From positions 1-45,439 of the forward strand of contig JAUCBJ010000557.1 of the NCBI GenBank assembly GCA_032718475.1: DNA of 45,439 bases, written 5' to 3'. Positions 1 to 13,055 of this stretch are shown piece by piece. The position numbers and the translations under genes are program-made. Position 1 is the stretch's first letter. The number at the start of each line of letters is the position of its first letter. Source of the DNA: Nemertoderma westbladi. Taxonomy: Eukaryota; Animalia; Xenacoelomorpha. The notes beneath the pieces were generated by a model. That model was given only the letters and a program-made list of their open reading frames with translations. It made no database searches and had not been told where the DNA came from.

Positions 1-754
1 CAATCAATCAAAGAAAGGGGGACAGTACGTGTTCACCCCTTTTAATTTGCACCCCCCCCCCCCCCCCCCCCCCCCTTCCCACCCACCAGTACTTTATAAC
101 TACCGATGCCTTCAATAGGCAAAGCCAGGTATGGTTTATAGGAATATAGTCTACGCAGTACTCGTCTTCATTATATGCCTCGTTGCGCTTCTCGCTCGTC
201 CTGTTTTGCATTAAAATATTTTTCCTAAACCAAGACTGACGATCTTTATACAGTTATAACTATGCGAAGTTTCGAAACTGTGCGAGTAACTGCTGATACA
301 TCTATGTGGAGATGTGTGATACAACGCCAATGCATCGTATGCCGATGTAGTAATATGGGTATTGAAATAATATTAAATCAATGTACACTCTTAAAGCTGC
401 AACGAAAAAATGTAGATAATTTCCTAGGTTACATATAAAATAATAATATTATTTTTAAGAACATTAATTTTACTACTTTGCGAAAATTCAATTAAAAAAT
501 AACCAGACAAATATATTGCGGAATAAACTATTTCGGATATAAGCCTACAACAGCCATGCCATGGATATAGTATTTATGTCATTATCTTCTGTCACCTGAG
601 ATAGTAAGTACTACAACATTTATAGTATAGAGTCAATAGGAGTCAATAGAGTCAACATGAATGAATGAATTCTGGAACATTTTGTTAATGCATGAGTAGC
701 TATGTAATAGTATAATTAAAGAGACGTATTGCATTGTTGCTAAGCTACTTATGG

Positions 755-1185
755 GATAAACACAATATTCCAGAATATGTTGTATTTATTTAATAGAATA
801 AAATAGCCTCGCTCATATGCAAAAGCATACAAGTTTTAAACGCTCATATCTCAGCTATTTTAAGACGATTTAGATTATGTAACATATTTGGAATCCTTGC
901 ACAACCAACTTTCCACTAGTGCCTACAAATCACTGTAAGGTTGAAGAATAACTGCGGTGCGGTGTAACTGGTGAAATTTCACCGGAGACACTTTTTTCAA
1001 ACACTTGTAGCTAAAGAATGAAAGCGAAAATAAAAATTCTGGCTCACCCAGTAAGGAGGAGGGAGGTGAAACTAACTCTGTTGCGAATTTCATGCAATCT
1101 CATTAAGATTTGTAGATAAATTTGGGGGGGGGGGGGGGGGGTAGGTACATGAATAAAGACACTATATTCCAGGACATGGTGTATT
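755..1185 (+). mobile_element. Fragment of a non-autonomous DNA-element family (related copy at 9950-10365)
   Basis: Shares ordered blocks with 9950-10365: aatattccagaa..tgtatttatttaatagaataaa, atatttggaatccttgca, aaaattctggct, a G-tract, and gacactatatt..ggacatggtgtatt. Confidence 0.6.
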
Positions 1186-2318
1186 CAGTATTGCTTCTCT
1201 GATAAATTCTAAACCGCCACTATTTTTCCAGAACGTTTTACTCACTATATCATTCTAATGGAAATATCTCCCAATTCTGCAAAACTTACTAGGTGACACT
1301 ACACTATGTCATATGTCATCATACTGTTACTGTAGGTCATAAAGGTAATTAATTAATGCTTCCATCTATATTACTGTCTCTTGACTTGTCTTTCACACTC
1401 AGGCGGGTTATCCGAGCAACCACGTCGATAATAGTAAAATAACAGTCAGACTGGCCACCACCCACGCCTATATGGCTTTACATACTCACAGAAAACAGTT
1501 GTGGTAATTATTGTTTGGCGGGATATTTAAATGTATCATCAAATATTTAATAATTGTTACTGTCAGTTCAGTCTGGCAGCCGGACTTACCGCTACCGGTA
1601 GCGCGGTAACATGATACTGTAAATCACCCAATATCCGGACGAGAACCGGAACAACCGTTCCTTTCGGGATGTTATAGTTTAGTAGTTCAGTTTATTTAAT
1701 CCACAAACTACGGTTGAATACTATATTATCGCCATTAATTAAAAATTTTTTATATATATTATATTAAATAATTATCTTAGTTGTCTTTTCATAAGTGTAA
1801 CTGTAGATGTGTTTTGGTGGCTGTGGCTGCGGCTGCATTACTGGGATCTCCTTTCTCAGCCAGCAACCACAATACTGCAATATGTACTTATATGTAGGCC
1901 TATATGTATTTTATAATATGTTATTATTATTGTTTTTTTTCTGTAACTCTATAGGGCCTATCATATACCTTATACTGATATGTTTTATACAGTATTCTGG
2001 TATTATCTAGTGCATCTTGTGGAATTTGTTAATAAAGTTCCAAAATTAAATTCCTGTGTCGCAATAAGTACCTAAGCTGTAGGTGGTAGGGCTGTAGCAT
2101 AGTCTCTGTGTGTGTTCGCGATTTTCGTTTGTCACTGTACAGCTGTAGTTAGAATAGCAATACAGGAATCGAATATCCTACCACTGTAAAACTTCCTCCT
2201 CATCTTTCTGAAATTGATAGGCCCTAAACTAAATCAGCCAACAGTGTCGCAAGCCTTCCAAATTCATTTACTGACTTAAATCATTTTTTAATGTTATGAT
2301 GTCTTTAATTGTTCGGCC

Positions 2319-2753
2319 ATGTCTGACAGCTTAAACGATCCCATAGAATACGATGAAGTTGAATTCCAACTTAGAAGACGTTTACCTCCGCGGTTTCCTA
2401 GGCAACCAAATGATATTTACATAACGAAGAAAACCAATTACAAACAACAAATAAAACGAGCTTACAATTTAATAGACAGCGGACAATTTAGCGAGATTCA
2501 CATCCACGCATTAGGCGCTGCTATTAATAGGGCACTTAATATCGCCTTGGAGATGAAAGAGTCCAAGTGCGGGTCCCTGGATATATCTGTTGCCACGGAT
2601 ACTGTGCGATTAGTCGACGATTTATTGCCTCTAACTGAAGTCGGAGAACCGGAAACACAAACACGTCATACTTCCGCTGTTCATATCCGGGTGTACCGAT
2701 TGTTTCCGGTTCCGATAGGCGTAAAATCCGATCCCGGTGGTTCTACTAAATAA
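2319..2753 (+). CDS. POP7: Ribonuclease P/MRP protein subunit p20 (Rpp20/POP7, Alba-like fold), 144 aa, single exon
   Basis: Motifs LRRRLP, NDIYITKKTNYKQQIKR, EIHIHALGAAINRALNIAL, TVRLVDDL and SAVHIRV match recalled metazoan Rpp20; the length is typical. Confidence 0.92.
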   Translation: MSDSLNDPIEYDEVEFQLRRRLPPRFPRQPNDIYITKKTNYKQQIKRAYNLIDSGQFSEIHIHALGAAINRALNIALEMKESKCGSLDISVATDTVRLVDDLLPLTEVGEPETQTRHTSAVHIRVYRLFPVPIGVKSDPGGSTK

Positions 2754-3014
2754 TCTGTCTATTGTACTTTGTTGTAATTAGCTACTCAATTAATAGTAGT
2801 AAACTTGTGGTAGACTCGAGTATATCAATATTTATTTTAATTGTGCTTATATGTTACTTTGGATGCCCCCTAATATTCCACAATCCCACATCTGTGCAAT
2901 ACTAATAGACCTATTAGTATTATAAAACTCTTATAAATACAGACTACATCTCTCTCTGCAAAGCTATTTTTATTGATTCTCGCTTTGTGTAGAAACCTCC
3001 GGTGAGTTCCACCA

Positions 3015-4520
3015 ATGATTTTGCGACTATTATCCCGCAGTTCCACGCGGCAACGACGAAACTCTTCCACATCGGGTCGGGATTGTGTTAGACCCACCGC
3101 TATGTATGGTTGGCTGGGTTACAAACCCGCTATAGACACAGACAGTCTGGTCGAGAGAACGGCTGAACTTACAGAGAACTGCCTCAATAGAGGATGCAAA
3201 GTCGATGTAAAACACGTTCTAGAATTGTGGAATAATCTTAAAAGTATAAAAGAAAATATATCTAAGAGTAAAGCTGATATGAAACAATCATTCGTTATGT
3301 TACGAGAGAAAAATAACGGAGATAATAACGGAAAAGCGGAACTCCTAGACAAAATAAAATCGTTAAAATCTTTAGTTAAATCGATGGAGTTGGTTTCCAG
3401 GACAACAGAAAGGGAATTCTACGACGCCGCGGCTTTGATTCCCAACTGGACTTCCCCGACGACGCCGGTTGGTAACGAGTTGTTAGTCCGGGTTCTAGAA
3501 TCCTACAGAGACCCGGAGTCTGAACACCCGGAAGCCGGGAGGAATCACAAGCGATTCCTCCCGGCTATGCGATTGATGCGGTTAGATAATCTGTCCCATC
3601 TCGGGGAGTATAAGACTTGTTATTTGAACGGGGATTTAGCACTTTTGGAGAACGCGTTGACTCAGTTCGGTATAGCGAGTGTGGTCCGCGCAGGGTTCAC
3701 GCTCCTCTCCGTACCGACTTTGGCTCGCGGCCTCGTCGTGGAGGGCTGCGGCTTCCCTGTCCACACGTCCCGCACCCAGACCTTCCGTCTAGACGCCGCG
3801 CGACACGGCGACTTGTACCTCTGCGGGACGGGGGAGGTTCCGTTAGCGGGGTTCTTCTTCAACGCGGAGATCGACTTGGCTACACTGCCGATACGAGTCG
3901 CCACGAGCAGTACGTGTTACCGAGCCGAGGTACCGTCCACCGCCGAGGCCGGGGGTCTATACCGACTGCCGCAGTTTAATAAAGTCGAGATGTTTGGTGT
4001 CACAGCCAACGAGACGGGAACAGAAAGTCGTCAACTTATGGAAGAATTTATCGAGATTCAAAAGGGAATTTATAAGGAGTTGGAATTACCTTTTCGGGTT
4101 CTAGAAATGCCGACTTATGAGTTGGGTTTACCTGCGTACCGTAAAGTCGATATAGAAGTGTGGATGCCTGGTCGTCAAGGTTTCGGGGAGGTTTCTAGTT
4201 GCTCCAACTGTACGGACTTTCAAGCTCGTCGACTTCGGACTAGGTATGTTGGGAATCTTGTGGCGTCTATGGAAGAACGTAGGCGTAGTGTGGCGTATTG
4301 CCACACTGTGAACGGAACAGCTGTGGCTACATCAAGATGCGTGCTCGCTATAGCGGAGAACTACCGTAGTGGTGCAAGGACTATCACTGTACCACCGCCA
4401 CTGTTACCTTACATGATGGGGCGAACCGAAATAACTACGGACCACTCCTTGAAACATATTAAATACCATAAAACTACAGCGAGAGACATGTATAGTAAAG
4501 ATAGTGCAGATACTAATTAA
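3015..4520 (+). CDS. SARS2: Mitochondrial seryl-tRNA synthetase, 501 aa, intronless
   Basis: Arg/Ser-rich N-terminus without acidic residues (transit-peptide-like), coiled-coil arm, IPNW, motif 2 CYRAE..GLYR..QFNKVEMF, LGLPAYRKVDIEVWMPGR, EVSSCSNCTDFQARRL, motif 3 HTVNGTA. Confidence 0.93.
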   Translation: MILRLLSRSSTRQRRNSSTSGRDCVRPTAMYGWLGYKPAIDTDSLVERTAELTENCLNRGCKVDVKHVLELWNNLKSIKENISKSKADMKQSFVMLREKNNGDNNGKAELLDKIKSLKSLVKSMELVSRTTEREFYDAAALIPNWTSPTTPVGNELLVRVLESYRDPESEHPEAGRNHKRFLPAMRLMRLDNLSHLGEYKTCYLNGDLALLENALTQFGIASVVRAGFTLLSVPTLARGLVVEGCGFPVHTSRTQTFRLDAARHGDLYLCGTGEVPLAGFFFNAEIDLATLPIRVATSSTCYRAEVPSTAEAGGLYRLPQFNKVEMFGVTANETGTESRQLMEEFIEIQKGIYKELELPFRVLEMPTYELGLPAYRKVDIEVWMPGRQGFGEVSSCSNCTDFQARRLRTRYVGNLVASMEERRRSVAYCHTVNGTAVATSRCVLAIAENYRSGARTITVPPPLLPYMMGRTEITTDHSLKHIKYHKTTARDMYSKDSADTN

Positions 4521-4647
4521 ATTAGTTCAGTAATTAATAATTACTTGTTACCCATTTCTTTAGTGGATATTGATAAATAATATGCAAAGATATTATTTCT
4601 GGGGATATTTTTCTCAACTACTTGCACTTTTGATGTGCTTTTTGTGT

Positions 4648-5550
4648 CTACTAGGTCGAGCGAGCCCGGACAGTGGAAATGAGATCCTTCCAGGCTTCCC
4701 GATTCTCCATAGTTGTCCCAATTTCGTTTCTCCCAAGTTCAGTATCCCTTTCAAGTTGATCTATATATGTTATGGCCGGTCGTCCACGACTACGCTTTCC
4801 ATGAGTTGGTTGCCAGAAAAGTAGATCTGGTATGACCTCGTCTTTACTTCGCTAGCAGTGCCCACTGAATCTTAATCTGCGTTCACGGAGGGTGGTTGAT
4901 ACAGGTGGTATTGTACCATAACTCTCGGCGTTTGTCATGTGTTGTCTGCAGCTGATGTTTAGGGCTGCCCTTAGTAGTCTTGTTTAGCAACCATCAATTC
5001 GTTGTTCAAGTGATTTAGTCAGTGTCCAGGTCTCACCCCCGTATAAAAATACACTTTCCACTGTGGCTCGAAATAACTTAGTCTTCAGGTACCTGGAGAG
5101 ATCTGATTTCCAGATGGTATCCATTTTTGATAGAGCTACCCAAGCCTTTGCGTTCCTAACTTCTATGTCCTTTTTGCTACTTTCTATCCATGATACAAGC
5201 TACTGGAAGTCGTCGACCTTCCTTAGTTGATTATTATCAATGGTTATCAAGTTTTCATCAACATTAAAGGTCATGAATTCGGTCTTGGTAGCATTTCTAT
5301 GCAATCCAACCTCCTTAGCAGCCCTCTCCACTTTATTTAGTAGAAGCTGAGCATCTGCTAGCGTATTAGAGAGCAGGGCGGTGTCATCCGCAAAGTCGGT
5401 GTCTGTGACTGTAGTTGCCGGATATCTACTACTTCTGCGTTCTTGAAGTGTGAATCCCAGATCTTCACCCTTTGTGACTGTCATCATTGCGTAATCCAGC
5501 ACAACTACAAATAGTAATGGTCCTAATGTGTCACCATGCAGTACGCCTTG
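4648..5550 (-). mobile_element. 5'-truncated, decayed RTE-like LINE (RT C-terminal part plus 3' end)
   Basis: Minus strand reads QGVLHGDTLGPLLFVVVLDY...DTDFADDTALL (RT domain) with stops downstream; 4648-4817 is the reverse complement of 35375-35542. Confidence 0.88.
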
Positions 5551-6119
5551 TGTCTATTAAAATGTTTAAAAAATGTTTTATTCTCAAATTTCGAAATCTA
5601 TTGAAGCTATTAAATTTTTATTTCCTCATCTGAAAGAGGACATAATTTTAGTTAGGGACAGGTACTTTCGGCGCGCTAGACATATTGTTTAAGGGATTCT
5701 ATCTTTAAGAGAAATAACTGGCCCATTAAATTTAGAGTGGCTTTGCAGCAGCATGGCGGGTCGTATAGGTCATGACTACTGTACTGTATGTATTTATATA
5801 ATTGAATGTAAAGTATCACTAAAGACTCGACCGTAAAATAAATGAGGCGAGCTAATCCTATAAATATAGCTTTACATACCGGGCTTATATAACATACCTA
5901 AAGCTCGAGAACTATTAAATATATACAAGCCTTACGGGGTGTGCTTTTGCTACGAATATAGTAGGCATAGTGTGAAATGATAGGAATATTGTATTGCGAA
6001 TATTGGGATTGGTGCTAGGAGTGTTGAACACACAGATGTTATATACACACAGTTAGGGCGTGCTGCAGGGAATGTTATACAGTACATACAGTATTTGGGG
6101 TGCTAGGAGTGTTGAACAC

Positions 6120-8500
6120 ACATTAGTGGGTGCTATGATTATACACACAGTATTGGGTGCTATGATTATACACACGGTATTGGGTGCTATGATTATACAC
6201 ACAGTATTGGGTACTATGATTATACACACAGTACTGGGTGCTATGATTGATTATACACACAGTATAGGGTGCTATGATTGATTATACACACAGAATTGCG
6301 TGCTATGATTATACACACAGTATTGGGTGCTATGATTATACACACAGTATAGGGTGCTATGATTATACACACAGTATTGGGTGCTATGATTGATTATACA
6401 CACAGTATAGGGTGCTATGATTGATTATACACACAGTATAGGGTGCTATGATTGATTATACACACAGTATTGGGTGCTATGATTGATTATACACACAGTA
6501 TTGGGTGCTATGATTATACACACAGTATTGGGTGCTATGATTATACACACAGTATTGGGTGCTATGATTATACACACAGTATTGGGTGCTATGATTATAC
6601 ACACAGTATTGGGTGCTATGATTATACACACATTATTGGGTGTTATGATTATACACACAGTATTGGGTGCTATGATTGATTATACACACAGTATTGGGTG
6701 CTATGATTATACACACAGTATTGGGTGCTATGATTATACACACAGTATTGGGTGCTATGATTATACACACAGTATTGGGTGATATGATTATACACACAGT
6801 ATTGGGTGCTATGATTATACACACAGTATTGGGTGCTATGATTATACACACAGTATTGGGTGCTATGATTGATTATACACACAGTATTGGGTGCTATGAT
6901 TATACACACAGTATTGGGTGCTATGATTATACACACAGTATTGGGTGCTATGATTATACACACAGTATTGGGTGCTATGATTGATTATACACACAGTATT
7001 GGGTGCTATGATTATACACACAGTATTGGGTGCTATGATTGATTATACACACAGTATTGGGTGCTATGATTATACACACGGTATTGGGTGCTATGATTAT
7101 ACACACAGTATTGGGTGCTATGATTGATTATACACACAGTATAGGGTGCTATGATTGATTATACACACAGTATTGGGTGCTATGATTATACACACAGTAT
7201 TGGGTGCTATGATTATACACACAGTATTGGGTGCTATGATTATACACACAGTATTGGGTGCTATGATTGATTATACACACAGTATTGGGTGCTATGATTA
7301 TACACACAGTATTGGGTGCTATGATTATACACACAGTATTGGGTGCTATGATTATACACACAGTATTGGGTGCTATGATTATACACACAGTATTGGGTGC
7401 TATGATTATACACACAGTATTGGGTGCTATGATTATACACACAGTATTGGGTGCTATGATTATACACACAGTATTGGGTGCTATGATTATACACACAGTA
7501 TTGGGTGCTGTGATTATACACACAGTATAGGGTGCTACGATTGATTATACACACAGTATTGGGTGCTATGATTATACACACAGTATTGGGTGCTATGATT
7601 ATACACACAGTATTGGGTGCTATGATTATACACACAGTATTGGGTGCTATGATTATACACACAGTATTGGGTGCTATGATTATACACACAGTATTGGGTG
7701 CAATGATTGATTATACACACAGTTTTGGGCGCTATGAGTATACACACAGTATTGGGTGCTATGATTGATTATACACACAGTATAGGGTGCTATGATTGAT
7801 TATACACACAGTATTGGGTGCTATGATTGATTATACACACAGTATTGGGTGCTATGATTGATTATACACACAGTATTGGGTGCTATGATTATACACACAG
7901 TATATTGGGTGCTATGATTATACACACAGTATTGGGTGCTATGATTATACACACAGTATTGGGTGCTATGATTGATTATACACACAGTATAAGGTGCTAT
8001 GATTGATTATACATACAGTATTGGGTGATATGATTATACACACAGTATTGGGTGCTATGATTGATTATACACACAGTATAGGGTGCTATGATTGATTATA
8101 CCCACAGTATTGGGTGCTATGATTGATTATACACACAGTATAAGGTGCTATGATTGATTATACATACAGTATTGGGTGATATGATTATACACACAGTATT
8201 GGGTGCTATGATTGATTATACACACAGTATAGGGTGCTATGATTGATTATACACACAGTATAGGGTGCTATGATTGATTATACCCACAGTATTGGGTGCT
8301 ATGATTGATTATACACACAGTATTGGGTGCTATGATTATACACACAGTATATTGGGTGCTATGATTATACACACAGTATATTGGGTGATATGATTATACA
8401 CACAGTATTGGGTGATATGATTATACACACAGTATTGGGTGTTATGATTGATTATACACACAGTATTGGATGCTATGAGTATACACACATTATTAGGTGC
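6120..8500. repeat. Minisatellite, 27-bp unit ATTATACACACAGTATTGGGTGCTATG with 31-bp (+ATTG) variants, about 85 copies
   Basis: Directly visible tandem array with diverged precursor-like units at 6000-6120 and near 8490. It explains the MIIHTVLGA ORFs. Confidence 0.97.
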
Positions 8501-9630
8501 TAGGAATGTTGTGGGGGTTCCAGGAGTATATATCTGGTTACTACCATTACTACCAGCTGTAGTAACTACAGTATAAGTATAGCCTATGGAACTGAGCGTA
8601 ACGCGAATAATAACGCAAAGTCGACGACTATAATTTGGTAAGCCTAAATGTATTTACTCATTGATTAAAATGTCGTGATACTATATAATGCAGTAACAGT
8701 AGCGTTGAACAGATGGCTTCTGTTGTAGCTACGAATAATTTAATATAAAGTAACCACAGTTACTTTAATAAAACTATTTATCAATTATTTCAGTATCGAC
8801 TTCCACGGATTTTATTTCTATTATTTCTTTCGTTGCCCAAATATCTATGTGCCTTTCTTCAAATAAAAGTACTGTAGTTATATTAAATGTCAGTTTCCTC
8901 AGCTTGATGTTCAAAGGTTCTCCCTTAACTAATTTACGTAAGCATTGCGAAGTAGGAACTCTAAAATTACAATCGTAGCGGTAAATTTTGTTCATATATA
9001 ATATAATTTATTTTATATTGTTAATTTATAAATAATTATATTTCTAGGAGTCCTTGTGTTTTGAATACAAAATTATATATGTGCCACTTATATAACCCCT
9101 AAGATCAAGAACAAATATTGACATTGCTTTAGTCTGCCTGTAAATCTGTGATTCAGTATATAAAGCTTGCAATATATGATTTGGCGCAAGCAGGATCAGA
9201 TCAGTCACTGTAATAATAATAGGGCGTGTGATGTATAGAGGTAAATGCCAACGAAGCCATGCGGCTTTTGATAAATTAATTAATCAAAATGTATTTTTTA
9301 GTAAAAAAAAAAAAAACACCAGCAACGAAGAAATTGTAGCATAATGAAGTTCGCTATTTATTTTTCAAAGAATAGTTATACCAACAGGGGAGACAGATTC
9401 CTCAATATCAGCCGTCGCATAAAGCTTTTTTAATCGTCACATAAAGTCACCCATCACAATCGTCACATAAAGTCACCCATCTGATAAAGTTGTACATTAT
9501 TGCACATCCTTTGAAAAAAACATCAAAACTACATTCAAAAGGAACTTATGCTTATGGCGTTTCTTTCATTGGTCACTCATCATAAGTAGTACTCTACTAC
9601 AACTGAAGGCCCCCTACGATAACGGTAACG

Positions 9631-10365
9631 ATAAGCGTTTTAAAAAAGTCCCTCTGTATCTCTGCACCCTCTGTATCGTAGCCATTCTTCACATTAGTCG
9701 TAATTTTTTCATATCATTAAAAAGCTTGCGTTGCAAGGATTCCAAATATGTAACAATATCTGAATTTCGTTGAGAAACAGCTGAGATATAGGCGTTCAAA
9801 GATTGCAAGAATTATTGTTCGCTGCAGGCCATTTATTATATCTAATAAATACACAAAATTCTAGAATGTGTTATTTATTTTATAAGTTGGTTAGCAACAG
9901 CGGTAATCCTATTCAATATATCTATTGCGTAGCTGCTATTCATACTTAAACAAAATATTCCAGAACATTGTGTATTTATTTAATAGAATAAATGGCCTTC
10001 AGCGAACGATAATTCTTGCAATCTTTGAACGCCTATATCTCAGTTGTTTCTCAACGAAATTCAGATATTGTTGCATATTTGGAATCCTTGCAACGCAAGC
10101 TTTTTAATGATATGAAAAAATTACGACTAATTTGAAGAATGGCTACGATACAGAGGGTGCGATTTCGCAAAAGAGACTTTTTTAAAACGCTTATAAAAAA
10201 AATTTAAAGGCAAAATCGAAAATTCTGGCTTCTTGGGGTCATCGACGGTGAGTGGAACTAGTGGTGTTTCAAATTTCAAGCAATATGATAACGATTTGTA
10301 GAAAAATCTGGGGGGGGGGGTCCGTGTCATCAGAAAATGACACTATATTACGGGACATGGTGTAT
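9631..10365. mobile_element. Foldback/MITE-like element with a ~225-bp inverted repeat
   Basis: 9631-9856 is a near reverse complement of 9968-10194 (e.g. aaaaagcttgcgttgcaaggattccaaatatg / catatttggaatccttgcaacgcaagcttttt); the right part is related to 755-1185. Confidence 0.8.
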
Positions 10366-11285
10366 TACAATTACGTACTTTTCATTCAAAAGGAAAATAA
10401 GGATAGGTAAGTTAACCTGTTCCTTTTTCCACGATTTATGTCTCTTAAAAATCGAATTGGACATAAATATCTGTACCGAATTTATTTTGCTAACCTCGTA
10501 CATATTTGTTAGTATGACGTGTTGGGGATATTATTCACAGTTCACTCATGCTATGCACCATGCACTGCACACAATGTTTATTCCCACAGCACGGCACCCA
10601 CGCTGTACAGAGGGTAACGATTAATTCAATCAATGCATGATGATGGCACATGGTATATTAGATTAGCATATTTGTTGTATAGCTGATAGATACCGGGTAT
10701 GCGGGAAAGACTAAGAAGGGATAATGAAATCGCAACGTGGCTTATTGCTATAATAATATGCGTAAAGATGACGCCTACGCAGTCCAGTCAGACTCCTTTA
10801 ATAGTGAATAGGCTACCGGTACTGAAAATAATAATAAACGGCGCAATTACAGGAATTACTTAATTGAGCTTAACAAACAGTCAGAACACAGTGCATGGGC
10901 ATGGTAGCTGGGTAGACCCTGGTGCATGCGTGTCTATCTTCCCCCATACAGTCATACATCAGTAGAGCAGTAGGCCTACATAGGGTAAAGTAGCGCTAGG
11001 TCCAAATCGGTATACCTTAGGTCCTGTAGCGTTTAGGTCCCGTAGCTTTAGGTCCTGGCACCTGGCGCGTTAGGTCCTGCTTGTTCTCCACATGTCAGCA
11101 TGTTCATAAACATAAATAATAGGCCTATTCTGCTATTGTATATTTAACTCAAACGAACATTCCATATTGATATTACCAGTAAAACTGTAAAAGGCAAAGG
11201 GCCATCACGCAACGGATTCTGGTAGGCCTACTACTTAACTCACTGATTTCAAGTTGTATACCGGTTAATTCTACTAATTTAATTA

Positions 11286-11909
11286 ATGGCGAGGACACCC
11301 AGTTTATGTTTGTGGCTGACAGTAGTTTCCCTGGTCCTCCATTGTTCGACCTCTGTCGATATCAGCCGTGTGGAAACCGGCCAGCTCCGACGTTCGTTGC
11401 TCCAACCCCCGCTAGACGATATCGCGAAGGAAGTTAAAGACGATGATACAGCTAACGAAGATATAGGGGATACCCTGTACAGCGCGGACGAGGAAACAGA
11501 TAAACTAGTTGGAGACGATATACCCGAAGGTAGTAAGCGTGACAGCCACCCTTACGATGTGGGATTCGTTCACGCTTTTATAGCCGCTTTAAGCGTCGTT
11601 GTTGTATCGGAGATCGGCGATAAAACCTTCTTTATAGCGGCGATTATGGCGATGAGATACAGTAGATTGACTGTGTTCCTGGGAGCGATCGGAGCGCTCG
11701 CTACTATGACTGCGTTGAGCGCGGGAATGGGTGGCTTGGTTACCGTAGTTCCCCGGTATATCACGCATTACGCGAGTATTGTTCTGTTCGCCGGTTTCGG
11801 GGTTAAACTCATTCTCGACGGTTACCGGATGGCCCCTGGAGAGGCGCAGGAAGAATATGAAGCCGTACAGGTTGAGTTGAAGAGTCACGATGAGCGATTT
11901 GTGGAACAG
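11286..11909 (+). CDS. TMEM165: TMEM165/GDT1 (UPF0016) Golgi Ca2+/Mn2+ transporter, exon 1
   Basis: Signal peptide, SEIGDKTFFIAAIMAMRY motif, TM segments; donor CAG|GTGGGT after 11909, phase 0. Confidence 0.92.
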
Positions 11910-12689
11910 GTGGGTGTCAATTAGCAGTTAGGGCAGTAGGGAGTGGAGGTCTTCAGATTCCAGTAAAAGGGACAGCCCGAAGGTTTTCTCCAAAATTTAC
12001 AATTATTTATGTACCGGTAGTTGCGCCAAAAGTCGATCATTGTCTGCTATCACGTGGCTTGGGCGACCCAATAATATTTATAATGAAATATATATTTATT
12101 ATTAATTAAGATTTTCAGGAAACTGAACGTTTAAAAGTCCGAAAGCATGGTAAACAAAACATTCACATCATGTTAGTCAAGATCCACAAACTTCCATAAC
12201 ATAGAAGGTATAAAATATCACAACACTCGGTCACATTGAGATAATTAGATAGATATATAACCCAGTCGTGGCACTGCCCGCTGGTGAATTTATAATGAAA
12301 ATGTGGAAGTTTGAAGGGAATCTGAAGAACTCGAATACTCCCAGACGGATATTGTAATTATTAGTTTTTTATTATTGTAATTAATTCTTACCTTTTCATT
12401 CTTCCTTTGTTCATTACAATAAATTATTATAAAACACGAAACTACGACTGTCTGTGAGGGCATTCAAGGATTCAACCCTTTAATTATTTAGATTGAACAC
12501 TTTAAACATTTGATGGTTTAATGAATTTATTTATAGAACTTTATAATATAATATTTTCGGAATTATATCTTTAGGATTAAAATTTTAACTTTCCAACTTC
12601 CAAGTAATAAATGAAAGGAAATAAATGTTGATTTTATTTCTATTATTATTTTTTAGTTATTACATAAATAATTGTATTTTATCAAACAG

Positions 12690-13055
12690 AATCGTATGGT
12701 AGAGGACCCGGAGTCTGGAGTGTCCCGTGTGGCGTCGCCACCCGCCACTACGGCGTTACTCCGGCTCTGCTGCTCGCCGGTTCTCCTGCAGGCGTTCACG
12801 CTGACCTTCCTAGCGGAGTGGGGCGATCGCTCCCAGATCACCACAATCCTCCTCGCCGCCCGGGAGGACTCGTTGGCGGACATTGTGGCGGTCACTTTGG
12901 GCGGCACTCTCGGACACTCTCTGTGCACCGGACTGGCTGTACTCGCCGGCCGGTTGATATCCTCTCGGATATCCGCCAGAACTGTTACCATTGTCGGCGG
13001 AATTGTCTTCCTTCTCTTCGCTGTTTCTGCTGTTTTTATTGACGAATCGGCGTAA
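12690..13055 (+). CDS. TMEM165: TMEM165/GDT1 exon 2 (spliced product about 329 aa)
   Basis: Acceptor ttttatcaaacag|AAT is in frame; FTLTFLAEWGDRSQ and GGTLGHSLCTGLAV motifs; TAA stop; AATAAA near 13207-13223. Confidence 0.92.
   Translation, partial: NRMVEDPESGVSRVASPPATTALLRLCCSPVLLQAFTLTFLAEWGDRSQITTILLAAREDSLADIVAVTLGGTLGHSLCTGLAVLAGRLISSRISARTVTIVGGIVFLLFAVSAVFIDESA

Noticed and set aside
6060-7768. MIIHTVLGA / YTHSIGCYD repeat proteins
   Set aside because: Open frames are a by-product of the 27-bp period and are broken repeatedly by 4-bp insertions.
8774-8995. 73-aa minus-strand ORF as a possible gene or exon
   Set aside because: No recognisable motif or partner exon; a tblastn or RNA-seq hit would be needed.
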